From Spirochaetia bacterium (lineage in GTDB: Bacteria; Spirochaetota; Spirochaetia; DSM-2461), in NCBI GenBank assembly GCA_963668315.1, contig OY764216.1, positions 5,344,001 to 5,408,000 on the forward strand: 64,000 bases of DNA. Direction: 5' to 3'. The translations under genes were made by a program, and so were the position numbers. Position 1 is the first letter of the stretch, and each line of letters starts with the position of its first letter. Below are positions 46,122-56,415 of the stretch, piece by piece. Under the pieces are notes generated by a model. That model had not been told where the DNA came from. It did no database searches and saw nothing but the letters and a program-made list of their open reading frames with translations.

Positions 46122-48515
46122 ATGAAGAAGTTGTCATTGCGATGGATTCTCATTTTGGGGATGCCCGGTCTGGTGATAGGAATGGTATCCCTTATTACCC
46201 TCTCTACCTACCTCTCCTCAAAACAGGCTTTCACTCACCACATACGGGATATCATGAGGAATATCTCCTCCTATACCATTGATAAGTCCCGGAGCCATCT
46301 CAATCCCGCCAAGGACGCCGCCCTCCTGACCAGCGGTCTGGCCGTGAGCAAAATCGTCACATCGAGCAAGAAGAGCGAGATGGAGAGCTACTTTTACGAA
46401 CAGCTTCTGGTAAATGCCCAGATTTCCAGCATTTACTACGGAACGGTGGAAGGGGAATTCGTCATGGTCTCCCGGGACGACCACGAAGGCTTCCTGACGA
46501 AGATCATCACCATTGACAACGGGGACAGAAACGTACTTTTCAAAGAGATGGACAAAACCTTTTCGGAACTGTACCGCTATAAGGAACCGAACGATACCTA
46601 TGATCCCCGGAAGCGGCCCTGGTTCAAGGATGCGATTAACGAGAAAAAGCTTATCTGGACCGATCCCTATGTCTTCTTCACATCCCGGAATCCCGGCATT
46701 ACCACGGCAAGTCCCGTCTATAATGCCAACGGCTCGCTGCACGGCGTGGTCGGGGTGGATATAGAGATATCCGAATTGTCCGATTTCATCAGCACCCTGA
46801 GTATCGGTGCAAGCGGGAAGGCGTTCATCCTCGATAACAACGGCCAGGTTCTGGCCTACCCCGAGAAGGAGAAAATCACCCATAAAACGGGGGAAAGCGA
46901 TACGGTCAGCCTCGTATCCATAGGGGAACTGGACGACCCGATCAGCCAGGAAGCATACAACGCCCTCAAATCGATTGAGTATGATCTGAACGGCGACAGC
47001 GAGATTTTCTTTACCTTCAAGCATGAGGGAAGAGTCTACCAGGCGATGTTCGCCCCCTTCAGGGCATCATACTGGCCGTGGCTTCTGGGAATCTATGTGG
47101 CGGAAGATGACTATATCGGCGTGATCAAGGAGAACAGGAACTACTCCGTTATCCTCTCCTTCGCCCTGGGGCTCATTACAGCCCTGATCGGTTTCCTTAT
47201 CACCCGAAGCATAGTCACCCCTCTGAACAAACTGCAGCTCGCCGCCAAGGAAGTGGCAAAGGGAAACCTGGATAAACCGCTGAAAAATGAGACGATTTAC
47301 CGGGAGCTCGATGAAACGGCGGAGATGTTCGAACTCATGAGGTCCGGTCTTAAGGAGAAAAAAAGAATAGAGGAGCAGTTCCAAAGAACCCAGAAGGTGG
47401 AGTCCATTGGAAGACTGGCCGGAGGAGTCGCCCACGATCTGAATAACCTCCTCACCCCGATTCTGGGTTACAGCGAAATTCTCATGCTGCGCCTGTCCGA
47501 TGACAAGAAAAAGCAGGGCCAGGTCAGGCAGATTCATAAGGCGGGCATCAAGGCAAAGGACCTGGTGAAACAGCTGCTGGCCTTCAGCCGCAATCAGGAG
47601 CTGGAATACAAACCCCTCGATCTGAACGGGGTGGTCTCCGGATTCCTGAATCTGCTGAGAAGAACGATCAGGGAAAACGTCGCCATCGAATTCTCAGGTT
47701 CCGACAGGCCTCCCGTTATTCTGGCCGACCAGGGCAAGATCGAACAGGTGATCATGAACCTTGCCGTCAACGGCCAGGACGCCATGCCGGACGGAGGCAC
47801 GATCCGAATAAGCATCTCCCTCGTCGAAAGGGAAGAACTGCCTGTGGAAATACGCCGGGAAGCGGAGAAAGAGCATTTCGCCCTCCTGACTGTCAGCGAC
47901 GAGGGCTGCGGAATGGACGAAGAGACCCAGAAGCATATATTCGAGCCATTCTTTTCGACCAAGGGAGAATTCGGCAACGGCCTGGGACTGGCGACAGTTT
48001 ACGGTATCGTCAGCCAGCATCACGGAAGAATCCTTGTCCGGAGCCGGTCTGATGAGGGCAGTACCTTCGAGGTCTATCTGCCCCTCTCCGATGAATCGCA
48101 GATCAGCGCAGCCTCGCCGGCCTCTCCGGAGAAATCGATCAGAGGAAGGGAAACCATTCTCGTGGCCGAGGACAACACCCAGGTCATGGAACTGACAAGG
48201 ACGATACTTGAAGATCTGGGATATGAAGTTATGTCGGCGGATAACGGTTTGACAGCTCTTGATATGCTGAACAGCGGCAGAGATCAGATTGATCTGCTTC
48301 TGAGTGATGTCATCATGCCTGAAATGAATGGAAAGGAACTCTTTGATAGAGCCCGTCAGGTTCACCCCGGTCTGAAAGTGCTTTATATGTCCGGCTATAC
48401 CGATAACAACATCGTTTCCCTCAGAGAAATAGAAAAGGAGCCGAACTTTATCCAGAAGCCCTTCTCCGCCACCGACCTGGCCCATAAAATACGCCAGATA
48501 CTGGATGGCAGATAA
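46122..48515 (+). CDS. Hybrid sensor histidine kinase (dCache-HAMP-HisKA-HATPase-REC)
   Basis: YDPRKRPWF/WTDPY dCache; AGGVAHDLNN; NLAVN..DAM; EPFFSTK..GLGLA; LSDVIMP. Confidence 0.95.
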   Translation: MKKLSLRWILILGMPGLVIGMVSLITLSTYLSSKQAFTHHIRDIMRNISSYTIDKSRSHLNPAKDAALLTSGLAVSKIVTSSKKSEMESYFYEQLLVNAQISSIYYGTVEGEFVMVSRDDHEGFLTKIITIDNGDRNVLFKEMDKTFSELYRYKEPNDTYDPRKRPWFKDAINEKKLIWTDPYVFFTSRNPGITTASPVYNANGSLHGVVGVDIEISELSDFISTLSIGASGKAFILDNNGQVLAYPEKEKITHKTGESDTVSLVSIGELDDPISQEAYNALKSIEYDLNGDSEIFFTFKHEGRVYQAMFAPFRASYWPWLLGIYVAEDDYIGVIKENRNYSVILSFALGLITALIGFLITRSIVTPLNKLQLAAKEVAKGNLDKPLKNETIYRELDETAEMFELMRSGLKEKKRIEEQFQRTQKVESIGRLAGGVAHDLNNLLTPILGYSEILMLRLSDDKKKQGQVRQIHKAGIKAKDLVKQLLAFSRNQELEYKPLDLNGVVSGFLNLLRRTIRENVAIEFSGSDRPPVILADQGKIEQVIMNLAVNGQDAMPDGGTIRISISLVEREELPVEIRREAEKEHFALLTVSDEGCGMDEETQKHIFEPFFSTKGEFGNGLGLATVYGIVSQHHGRILVRSRSDEGSTFEVYLPLSDESQISAASPASPEKSIRGRETILVAEDNTQVMELTRTILEDLGYEVMSADNGLTALDMLNSGRDQIDLLLSDVIMPEMNGKELFDRARQVHPGLKVLYMSGYTDNNIVSLREIEKEPNFIQKPFSATDLAHKIRQILDGR

Positions 48516-48551
48516 AAAAACCGGAAAGCCCCAGTGAAAGGAGCTTCCCGG
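48514..48551 (-). terminator. Intrinsic terminator between convergent genes
   Basis: CCGGAAAGC...GCTTCCCGG stem with an A7 run on the left (U tract on the minus strand). Confidence 0.65.
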
Positions 48552-48568
48552 CATCCTGTTATTTTTTC

Positions 48569-51013
48569 CTATTTACCGGTTACCGAGTTAGCCGCCACGC
48601 GGCCCGATACGATAACTTCCGATACGGCGTTTCCGCCGAGACGGTTACCAGCGAAGATTCCGCCGGTCACTTCACCCGCCGCCCAGAGCCCGGGTATGAT
48701 TTCCCCGTTCTCGTTCAGCACATGGCGGTCGATGTCGATGGACAGACCTCCCATGGTATGGTGTGTGGAGGGAGCCAGGTAACGGAAGGAAAGCAGCCCG
48801 TCGTCATCAAAGCTGCCGTCCGCCTTATAGTTCCCGATCAGGGCAACGGCGGCCATTTTGGGAATTTCCAGCTCGGGAGTCGTTCCGTTCTTGTAGGCCT
48901 CATCGTAGTCTGCGATTGTCTTCTTCAGCGTGTCGTAATCGATGCCCAGCATCTCGGCCCCCTCGGTCAGAGTGCAGAAGTACTCCTCGTTGGGCCTGTT
49001 GTTGGCGGCCGTATTGTCCCGGGCGTTGGAGACCTGGATAAAAAGGCCGTCCTTGCCGCCCCAGTCATAGGCACCCTGGGCCAGAACATCCCGTTCCGCC
49101 GATTCATCGACATAGCGCTTGCCCGCATTGGGAGTGCCGGCGGGGCTTACGAAAATAACATCCTCGCCCCGGCCGTAGGCCAGAAAACCGGTGGTCTTCC
49201 AGCTTATGGGCATCAGCTGGGCGAAGCCCATGCCTTCCGTGGCGGCTCCCACTTTCTTTGCCATGGTGATTCCTTCGCCCATGGCCAGGGAGCGGTTGGT
49301 GGTTTTGATATTGACCGTCAGGTATTTGGGATTCCAGTACTCGTTGGTCTCCACCACCATCTCCGGGTTGTAGCCGTAACCGCCGGTGGCGAGAATGACG
49401 CCTTCTTTCGCGGTAATCTCCACTTCGGTTCCGTCATACTGAACCGCTTTGACGCCGGTAACGCGGCCGGATGCGTCGGTAACAAGCTCTTTAGCCGTGG
49501 TGCGGTAGTACACGTGGTTCTTGTCATTGGCGGTAAGCATGGTGTTCAGAGGCACGGCGAAGTAGGTTCCCCAACGTCCCGGAACTTCCACTCCGTTCAC
49601 AACACCCCCGTCAAAGGGGTTGATTCTCTGCCAGAGACAGCCGATCAGGGTCCGGGTAGCCTGGGTGTTATCGAATTTGGACCCCTGCCCGATCAGCCAG
49701 GCTTTGGTGTCCTGGATGCCCGTGCAGATCTGTCTGACCAGATCGTAATCACTGTAGATCCAGTGGCTCTTGTCAAAACTGACTCTCACGCCGCCGTAGT
49801 AGGTCTGGAAGATGTAGAGCTCGATCGTACTGAAAAGGGTCAGGTCCGTTTCGCTCTTTCCCGCCGCCAGCTGGGGCTCGGCCCAGGCAAGGTAAGCCCG
49901 GATCTGGCTCTTCAACGTTTTGAGGGTAGAGAGGTACTCCTGATGCACACCGCGGTTGGCCAGGTCGTAATCTTCCACGTTCTCCACATCGGCGGAAACG
50001 GTTTCGTCGAAGGGTTTCTCATTCCAGCTGAGAATCCATTTCAACGTATCGATACGGCCCTGTTCGGACTTGGACTTCTGAAGGGTCTCACCGGTGGGTT
50101 CGTAGTATCCAGAGGTAGCGTCCGGATTTTTCGGATCCCAGACCATGCACTCCATGACATTCTGGAAAGAGCATCCCGAAACGAGGGTATTTCCGCCCGC
50201 ATCGGCCTCTTTCTCAATGATACAGACGGTCGCACCGTTCATGGCGGCCTGAGCGCCAGCCATGACTCCCGCACCGCCGGCACCGACGATAACCACATCA
50301 TAGCTCTCTTCAATCTTGGTACCGGGCGTCAGGACATAGGGCTTGGCGCCGACACGCAGAGCGGGAAGATCGCATCCGGCCTGATTCGCCGCGTCTTCCA
50401 CGGCAGCGAGGACGGCATTGCTGGTATAGGTAGCTCCGGAAACCACATCCACTCCGGTGGAGGTGCAGTCCATGATCTCCTTGAAGATTATATCATAGGC
50501 ATAGGTACCCACATGATCGGTCTCATGGGACTCGGCCACGTTAATGCCGGTGATCGCCGAATCGGAAAAGGTCACGTCCAGTTTCACGGGGCCGTAGAAG
50601 CCGCCGCCCGTACCGGTATAGGAGCCGGCTTTAAAGGCGATCTCTCCCACTTCCACTTCCTTTCCCTGGGCCTGAGCCAGAGCGGAGGCGGCGGCTTCCT
50701 TGACCGCTTTGGTCGTTACGGAAGCTCCGGAGACACCGTCCACGTCGGCGGACTGCTCATCGAGAATCTGCTTTACCAGGGTTTTGTAGGCTTCTGCGGC
50801 AAAACCCTGGCCGCCCTCTTCATCGGTAATATCGACAGAGGTGATTTTGCTCTCGTCAACGGTTAATGTTACCGTGACATCGCCGTGCATGGCTTCCGCC
50901 GATGCCGAATATGTTCCGGGGGCAAAATCGTTGCCCTTGCCGCAAGCGGCCATGAACAGCATTCCCGCCGTTATAAGCAACAACGACAGAAAACGAAAAA
51001 CTTTGGATTTCAT
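48569..51013 (-). CDS. Lipoprotein flavin reductase (flavocytochrome c/FAD_binding_2) with two FMN-binding domains; urocanate-reductase-like
   Basis: Lipobox MAAC; DGVSGAS and DVVSGAT flavinylation motifs; VGAGGAG, LATGG, QLMP, ERD, HHTMGG, NRLGGNA. Confidence 0.88.
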   Translation of the reverse strand: MKSKVFRFLSLLLITAGMLFMAACGKGNDFAPGTYSASAEAMHGDVTVTLTVDESKITSVDITDEEGGQGFAAEAYKTLVKQILDEQSADVDGVSGASVTTKAVKEAAASALAQAQGKEVEVGEIAFKAGSYTGTGGGFYGPVKLDVTFSDSAITGINVAESHETDHVGTYAYDIIFKEIMDCTSTGVDVVSGATYTSNAVLAAVEDAANQAGCDLPALRVGAKPYVLTPGTKIEESYDVVIVGAGGAGVMAGAQAAMNGATVCIIEKEADAGGNTLVSGCSFQNVMECMVWDPKNPDATSGYYEPTGETLQKSKSEQGRIDTLKWILSWNEKPFDETVSADVENVEDYDLANRGVHQEYLSTLKTLKSQIRAYLAWAEPQLAAGKSETDLTLFSTIELYIFQTYYGGVRVSFDKSHWIYSDYDLVRQICTGIQDTKAWLIGQGSKFDNTQATRTLIGCLWQRINPFDGGVVNGVEVPGRWGTYFAVPLNTMLTANDKNHVYYRTTAKELVTDASGRVTGVKAVQYDGTEVEITAKEGVILATGGYGYNPEMVVETNEYWNPKYLTVNIKTTNRSLAMGEGITMAKKVGAATEGMGFAQLMPISWKTTGFLAYGRGEDVIFVSPAGTPNAGKRYVDESAERDVLAQGAYDWGGKDGLFIQVSNARDNTAANNRPNEEYFCTLTEGAEMLGIDYDTLKKTIADYDEAYKNGTTPELEIPKMAAVALIGNYKADGSFDDDGLLSFRYLAPSTHHTMGGLSIDIDRHVLNENGEIIPGLWAAGEVTGGIFAGNRLGGNAVSEVIVSGRVAANSVTGK

Positions 51014-51347
51014 CTTTTTGTTCTCCTCCTTACTCTTTCTCCCCCTGTCCGGCAGAAAATACTCTAACAGCACAGGACAATCCGCCGGCCCTTCACGTCG
51101 GGGAGAAATCGTTCAACAAATATAGATAATATTTTATTTAATCACCGCCCCGGACGTTTTGGCAAGAGTTTTACGGTTACAATTTTTCCCTTCCGGTTTC
51201 AATATGGAGGGTTCCCGGAAATCCCACCGCCCTATGATCAGACAAGCCCCTGTTGAAGCCCTTCTCCCCTTGTACAAACCTTCCCATTCCCGTAAAATGT
51301 GTACGGTCGTTTTCATAGGAACGCCTTTTACGGCCGCATATTTACAA

Positions 51348-52529
51348 ATGGAAGAATCGGACTTTTCCCATAAATATTTTGCTCTTCATCTCGTCCAGTT
51401 CATCAAGGGAATTCAGCTCGGCAATTTCGAAGATTTTGAAGAGCAGTGCCGCATCCATCTGAACTTTTCCGGCGAATATTATGTCTGCTGTGTCGCCCAG
51501 GCGGACAGGGAACGGGAACCGCCCCCTTCCCCGGAGAGTCTTACGGCTCCTGTTTATCATCTCCTTTCCCGTGATTTCCCCCTTTATCACCTTCCCCTGA
51601 ATGATTTTCTATCCGTTTTCATCATCAATTTAAGGGAAGAGAAGGAGAAGCAGAAGCTTAAGGACTCGCTGGAAAAAAACATATCCGCCCTCCCACGCCC
51701 TCTCTATCTTGGATTGGGCCGGGTGCGGAAAGGCATGGGCGACATCTGGAAATCCTACAGCGACGGCATGACCGCTCTGGCGGAGAAGGGCAAAACCGAA
51801 TCCTGCTCTATTCTCGACTCCGACCTGATCGATATCACCTATACGGTCCGGTACGGTTTCTCCGAAGAAAAGAGAATCATCAACTTTCTCGGTGTACAGG
51901 ATAGGGAAAATCTTATGGACCTCCTTCATGAGATTGTCCGACGCAACCGGGAGTCCCATCTGTCCCATAAGCATATGAATATACTTTTCACCCAGCTCTT
52001 CAATACGGGCATACGCTTTGCCGCCGAACTGGGACTTGATATGAAGAAAGTTTCCTCCGAATGGGAGCAGAAACTGCTTTTCAATACGGATAACAGCGAA
52101 ATAACCGATTATGAGGAAAAACTGGGAATCCTGAAAATTTTCTTTGAGAGGATCATGTTCCTCTGCCGGAAAGATCTTCGGGAACCCGCCCAGGTTCTGG
52201 TCGAGCGGGTTGTCGATTTTGTCCGGGATAACTTCCATAATAATCTTTACCCCGAAAAGGTGGCCGCCCATCTTGGACTGTCCGCCAAGTATATCTCTCA
52301 CATCTTCAAGGAGCAGACGGGGATCTCCCTGATAGATCATATCAGCACAGAACAGATAGAGCATTCGAAATGTCTTCTCCTCCATACAAACGAAAATGTG
52401 GACGATATCGGAAAGAAAGTAGGCATAGCCAACAGGGTGACCTTCTACCGCCTCTTCGTGAAGCACGAAGGAATCAGCCCCAGCGCCTTCAGGAAAAAGG
52501 CTCCCCCCTTTGTCAGGGGATGCCGATAA
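51348..52529 (+). CDS. AraC-family regulator with N-terminal PucR/GGDEF-like region
   Basis: LYLGLG....DIWKSY..A; C-terminal KYISHIFKEQTG, FYRLFVKHEGISP; start uncertain. Confidence 0.85.
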   Translation: MEESDFSHKYFALHLVQFIKGIQLGNFEDFEEQCRIHLNFSGEYYVCCVAQADREREPPPSPESLTAPVYHLLSRDFPLYHLPLNDFLSVFIINLREEKEKQKLKDSLEKNISALPRPLYLGLGRVRKGMGDIWKSYSDGMTALAEKGKTESCSILDSDLIDITYTVRYGFSEEKRIINFLGVQDRENLMDLLHEIVRRNRESHLSHKHMNILFTQLFNTGIRFAAELGLDMKKVSSEWEQKLLFNTDNSEITDYEEKLGILKIFFERIMFLCRKDLREPAQVLVERVVDFVRDNFHNNLYPEKVAAHLGLSAKYISHIFKEQTGISLIDHISTEQIEHSKCLLLHTNENVDDIGKKVGIANRVTFYRLFVKHEGISPSAFRKKAPPFVRGCR

Positions 52530-52634
52530 CCGGCTTAACAGAAATTCTCCTACTTCCCGAACCGGGGATTAATTTGAGATTCCCCTTTTTATTCACTATA
52601 ATTAATTATTAGTAGCATAATAAAGGAGAAAGGA

Positions 52635-53381
52635 GTGGGAACGACCGAATCCCCTCAGAGTTTCAACCGCTATGATCTCATTCTCGAAGGGGAGAAAGAA
52701 GTAAAGCATACCCTTTCGAAGGATCCCGTATTCCAGCAGATCGCCCTTGAAGTCGTCAACGGAGACGAATTAAAAATCCTTGATGTGGTTTCCGCCTCCC
52801 TGAAAATAAAGACTCCCCAGGAGGTTATCAGCAAAGGACTCATTGTCGGCATGGATGAAGTCAGCCGCCTCTGGGCCGAAGGCTCCTATTTCCTTCCCCA
52901 GGTGATACTCTCCTCGGACACCATGCTGGCAGGCATAGCACTCTGCGAAAGGGAAATGGGAAAGTCCAGCGAGAAGAAAGGCCTGATTCTTTCCCACGTG
53001 GCGGAGGGGGATATCCATGACATCGGGCAGATGATTGTCAATTCCATACTCCAGGCCGCCGGTTACGAAGTGATTAATCTGGGGGTGGATGTTCCGGTGG
53101 ATCAGGTGGTTCAGGCCTGCCTTTCCTACCGTCCCCTGCTCCTGATGGGCTCGGCCCTTATGACGACCACCATGAGCGCCTTCCCGCGTATCGCCGCGAA
53201 ACTCCAGAGTCTGGACAGGCAGATTCCCTTCCTCTGCGGCGGAGGGGCTGTCAATGATGAATTTGTGAACAGCTTTGATCTGGGAATCTGGGGCAAAGAT
53301 CCCAACTGGGCGGTCGGTATGGCCGATGATGCGCTGAAAGGGCTCTCCTGGCAGCAGATCAGAAAAAAGTGGAATTCCTGA
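52635..53381 (+). CDS. mtaC: Methanol-type corrinoid protein MtaC
   Basis: GTG start behind AAGGAG; YFLPQVIL, HVAEGDIHDIG (B12 His), NLGVDVP, GSALMTTTM, CGGGAVN. Confidence 0.88.
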   Translation: MGTTESPQSFNRYDLILEGEKEVKHTLSKDPVFQQIALEVVNGDELKILDVVSASLKIKTPQEVISKGLIVGMDEVSRLWAEGSYFLPQVILSSDTMLAGIALCEREMGKSSEKKGLILSHVAEGDIHDIGQMIVNSILQAAGYEVINLGVDVPVDQVVQACLSYRPLLLMGSALMTTTMSAFPRIAAKLQSLDRQIPFLCGGGAVNDEFVNSFDLGIWGKDPNWAVGMADDALKGLSWQQIRKKWNS

Positions 53382-53396
53382 CAGGGAGGCTAAGGC

Positions 53397-54767
53397 ATGA
53401 AATTATCCAGCACGATGGCCTATGACAGCGCGGATGAAATGATATTCGGTTCCTGCCGATCACCCCTGACAACGCGCAGGGGGCTCAGAATAGGGAGCGG
53501 CATGGTTATCCCCGAGATAGTGGTACATCCCCGGCCGGGCAGAGAAGCGACTCTGAAAGATCTGATCCGCGAATATGAACGGGCCTATGAAGAGGCGCTG
53601 ACCCGATGCGTTTCCATCGGAATCCCCCAGGTCTGCCTGGAAGTCGAGCATGTCATCCAGATGACCCAGAAGCCCGACTGGGGGGAGGAGATCGCCTCAG
53701 CCATCGCCGCGCTGACCGACTCCTACAGGGAGAGATACGGGATCACCGCCGCCTGCAAATTCACCATTGCCGATGTCCGTCGTCCCGCCCTCGGCCATAT
53801 GAGAGAGTCGGAACGGGCGGAGGAAGTGCTGGATTCCTTCAGGCGTAACGCCCCATTCGCCGATATACTGGCCATTGAATCCCTGGGGGGCAAGGAGATA
53901 TTCGATCACTGCATTATCCGCAATGACATCAAAGGCATGCTCTTCGCCCAGGCCGTGCTGGGGGGAAGGGACATGGAGTGGCTCTGGCCCCGGATTGTCG
54001 AAATAGCCCGGGAAAACGGCAGCCTTCCCGGCGGGGATACAAGCTGCGCCCATGCGAATACGGCCATGTTCATGGCCGGAGGCTACCTAAGCAGGCAGAT
54101 CCCCCATACCCTGGCGACCCTTTCCCGCGCCATCAGTGCGGGTAACACCCTGGTAGCCTATGAGTGCGGGGCCACGGGGCCGGGAAAAAACTGCGCCTAC
54201 GAAAATCCCATAATAAAAGCGGTCACCGGCGTCTCCATCTCCTGCGAGGGAAAGAGCAGCGCCTGCGCCCACTCCGATTTCTGCGGCAATCTGATCGGAG
54301 CCGTATGCGATCTCTGGTCAAATGAAGCGGTGGAGTTCCACTCCATGTTCGGGGGAACTTCGGCCGCGGTATTTACGGAGATACTGGGTTACGATACCGC
54401 CCTGATGAATTCGTCCATCAATCTGGGACTCGACCATCAGCTTAAGGCCAGCATGATCCATTCGGACCGTCTGCGCGATCCGCAGAGCTACATACTCTCC
54501 CCCGATATCGCCTGGAAAATCGGCAAAACCATAACGGAAAATTCCGAAAGCTATTACGCCAGATCCCGGGCCGCCGCCCTGAAAGGCGGAGAGCTGATTC
54601 TTGAAGAACCCCAGCTGGCTCTGACCGAATACGAAAAGAGTGCCCTGACGGGATATTTGAAGATTCTGGAAAATCTCCCCGGTGACCAGGAGAATTTCAT
54701 AGACCTCTGCCTCCATGATTATGCCGGAGTCAAAGGTTTCAGAAAAGAATCCTACGGATTTGATTAG
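53397..54767 (+). CDS. mtaB: Methanol:corrinoid methyltransferase MtaB
   Basis: MAYDSADEMIFG, IESLGGKE, GGDTSCAHANTAM, GATGPGKNCAYEN, EGKSSACAHSD, CDLWSNE, DPQSYIL. Confidence 0.9.
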   Translation: MKLSSTMAYDSADEMIFGSCRSPLTTRRGLRIGSGMVIPEIVVHPRPGREATLKDLIREYERAYEEALTRCVSIGIPQVCLEVEHVIQMTQKPDWGEEIASAIAALTDSYRERYGITAACKFTIADVRRPALGHMRESERAEEVLDSFRRNAPFADILAIESLGGKEIFDHCIIRNDIKGMLFAQAVLGGRDMEWLWPRIVEIARENGSLPGGDTSCAHANTAMFMAGGYLSRQIPHTLATLSRAISAGNTLVAYECGATGPGKNCAYENPIIKAVTGVSISCEGKSSACAHSDFCGNLIGAVCDLWSNEAVEFHSMFGGTSAAVFTEILGYDTALMNSSINLGLDHQLKASMIHSDRLRDPQSYILSPDIAWKIGKTITENSESYYARSRAAALKGGELILEEPQLALTEYEKSALTGYLKILENLPGDQENFIDLCLHDYAGVKGFRKESYGFD

Positions 54768-54776
54768 GAGGGCGGC

Positions 54777-56414
54777 ATGTCAATCGGGATTGCTTTGGAT
54801 ATGGGAACAAGCGGGATCAGGTCGAGAGCCCTGGATCTTGAGTCGGGAGTCTGCCTCTCCGAAGCCTTCTCCACGGGGAATCCGATTCCCGGAACCAATC
54901 TGATGGCCCATCTCCAGTTCGCCCTTGAATCAGGCTCCGATAGGGCCAGGAATCTTCTTCTCGAAGGGGTGAACAGTATTATCGGACAACTGGGGGTGGA
55001 TCTGGGCAAAGTCACGAGAGTGGCGATAAACGGAAACCCCGCCGAGCTGTCCCTCCTCCAGGGGGAAGAGATTTATGACCTGGCCTATGCGGGCAGAAAT
55101 AAAGCGAGCCGCTATCTGAAGGACATCCCGGACAGGGACGGAACGCAGATTCCCTCCGGTGAGTTCGGAGGGCTGAATGTCCCCGATTCCTGCCTGGTAA
55201 TCATTCCCCCGGCGTTAAGCCATTACATTGGGGCAGACGGCCTCTCCATGATTCTGCAGAGCGGAATTCTCAACGAAGAAGAGCCCTCTCTGGTAACGGA
55301 TTTCGGAGCCAATGCCGAAATGGCCCTCTACCATCGCGGGCGGGTCTATACCGCTTCCGCCGCCGCCGGTTCGACTCTGGAAAGCCGGCATCTGCCCCGG
55401 GGACGATCGGCCGGACCGGGCGTCGTCACGGATATCACGGGCTGTTCCGGGGATCTCTGGTCAGCCACGATCCTGGACGGGCAGATGATTCCTTTCGCAA
55501 GTGATCCCTTTGATATGCGCCGGAAGAGCCGGATAGATGAGGGGAAGGAGGACTTAAGGTGGATCAGCGGCTCCGGAGTGATCTCCCTTATTGCCGAGGC
55601 ACTTGATGCGGGGATACTGAAGCCTCCGGTTATCCGCAGTCCCGACGGTCTGCTCCATGTGGGTAACAGCATAACCCTGAGCGGAGAGGACTGCGTGGAG
55701 ACAGGCAAAGCCGTCGGTTCCATCAGAGCGGGCCATATGACCCTGTGCCGCCAAGCGGGAATAGGATACGGCGATATTCAATCGGTCTATATTGCCGGAA
55801 CCCTGGGGACGTATACCGATCCGGTAAAGGCGCAGAAAATCGGTCTGATCCCCCCGGGTGCCGAAAGAATTATCCGCGTCGGGAATACGTCCCTGAAAAT
55901 GGCCTGTTCCCTTCTTACGGATCCGGATCTTCTGGAGAGAATGCAGCAGTTTGCCCTCCGCATCCGTCCGGACTACTGCAGTCTCTCCGAATCGGATACG
56001 TTCAAGAAGATTTTCCTGCTGGAACTCTCCCACTGGTCGGAGGGGATGTCTCTGGACATATATCAGAAGCTGCTGGCAAGATATGGCTGCTCCGGAATTC
56101 CCCAAAGGACGGAAAATCCTTCGGTCGTGACTCCCGATTCGGAGGATGGGGAGGGGAACCATCCCCGCCGCAGCTCCCTTGTCACCCGATTCGGTCAGCT
56201 CCCTTCCTGCCCCGTGGCCGGCTGCACTTCCTGCGGAGTCTGTGTCGATCAGTGCCCCAAAGCGGCTCTGAGCCTTGATAAGGAGGGGGGGCCGTCGAAT
56301 CTGAAGCTGGACAGATCCCTCTGCCTGGGGGTGGCCTGCCGGAAATGCGAGCGGGTCTGTCCCGAACATGTCATGGAACTGGAGCCTTTTTTCCAGGCCG
56401 GAGGAGGAGCTTAA
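54777..56414 (+). CDS. ramA: Corrinoid reductive activase, RamA-type (ASKHA ATPase plus C-terminal 2x[4Fe-4S])
   Basis: GIALDMGTSG, PIPGTNLMAHL, EIYDLAYAG, IGAD, GNTSL; CTSCGVCVDQCP and CLGVACRKCERVCP at the C-terminus. Confidence 0.85.
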   Translation: MSIGIALDMGTSGIRSRALDLESGVCLSEAFSTGNPIPGTNLMAHLQFALESGSDRARNLLLEGVNSIIGQLGVDLGKVTRVAINGNPAELSLLQGEEIYDLAYAGRNKASRYLKDIPDRDGTQIPSGEFGGLNVPDSCLVIIPPALSHYIGADGLSMILQSGILNEEEPSLVTDFGANAEMALYHRGRVYTASAAAGSTLESRHLPRGRSAGPGVVTDITGCSGDLWSATILDGQMIPFASDPFDMRRKSRIDEGKEDLRWISGSGVISLIAEALDAGILKPPVIRSPDGLLHVGNSITLSGEDCVETGKAVGSIRAGHMTLCRQAGIGYGDIQSVYIAGTLGTYTDPVKAQKIGLIPPGAERIIRVGNTSLKMACSLLTDPDLLERMQQFALRIRPDYCSLSESDTFKKIFLLELSHWSEGMSLDIYQKLLARYGCSGIPQRTENPSVVTPDSEDGEGNHPRRSSLVTRFGQLPSCPVAGCTSCGVCVDQCPKAALSLDKEGGPSNLKLDRSLCLGVACRKCERVCPEHVMELEPFFQAGGGA

Positions 56415-56415
56415 G

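Noticed and set aside
51159..51176. sigma54 promoter (TGGCAA-N5-TTAC)
   Set aside because: The -12 GC dinucleotide is missing
53397..54767. Pyrrolysine-type methylamine methyltransferase
   Set aside because: No in-frame TAG, and the motifs are those of MtaB rather than MttB/MtbB/MtmB
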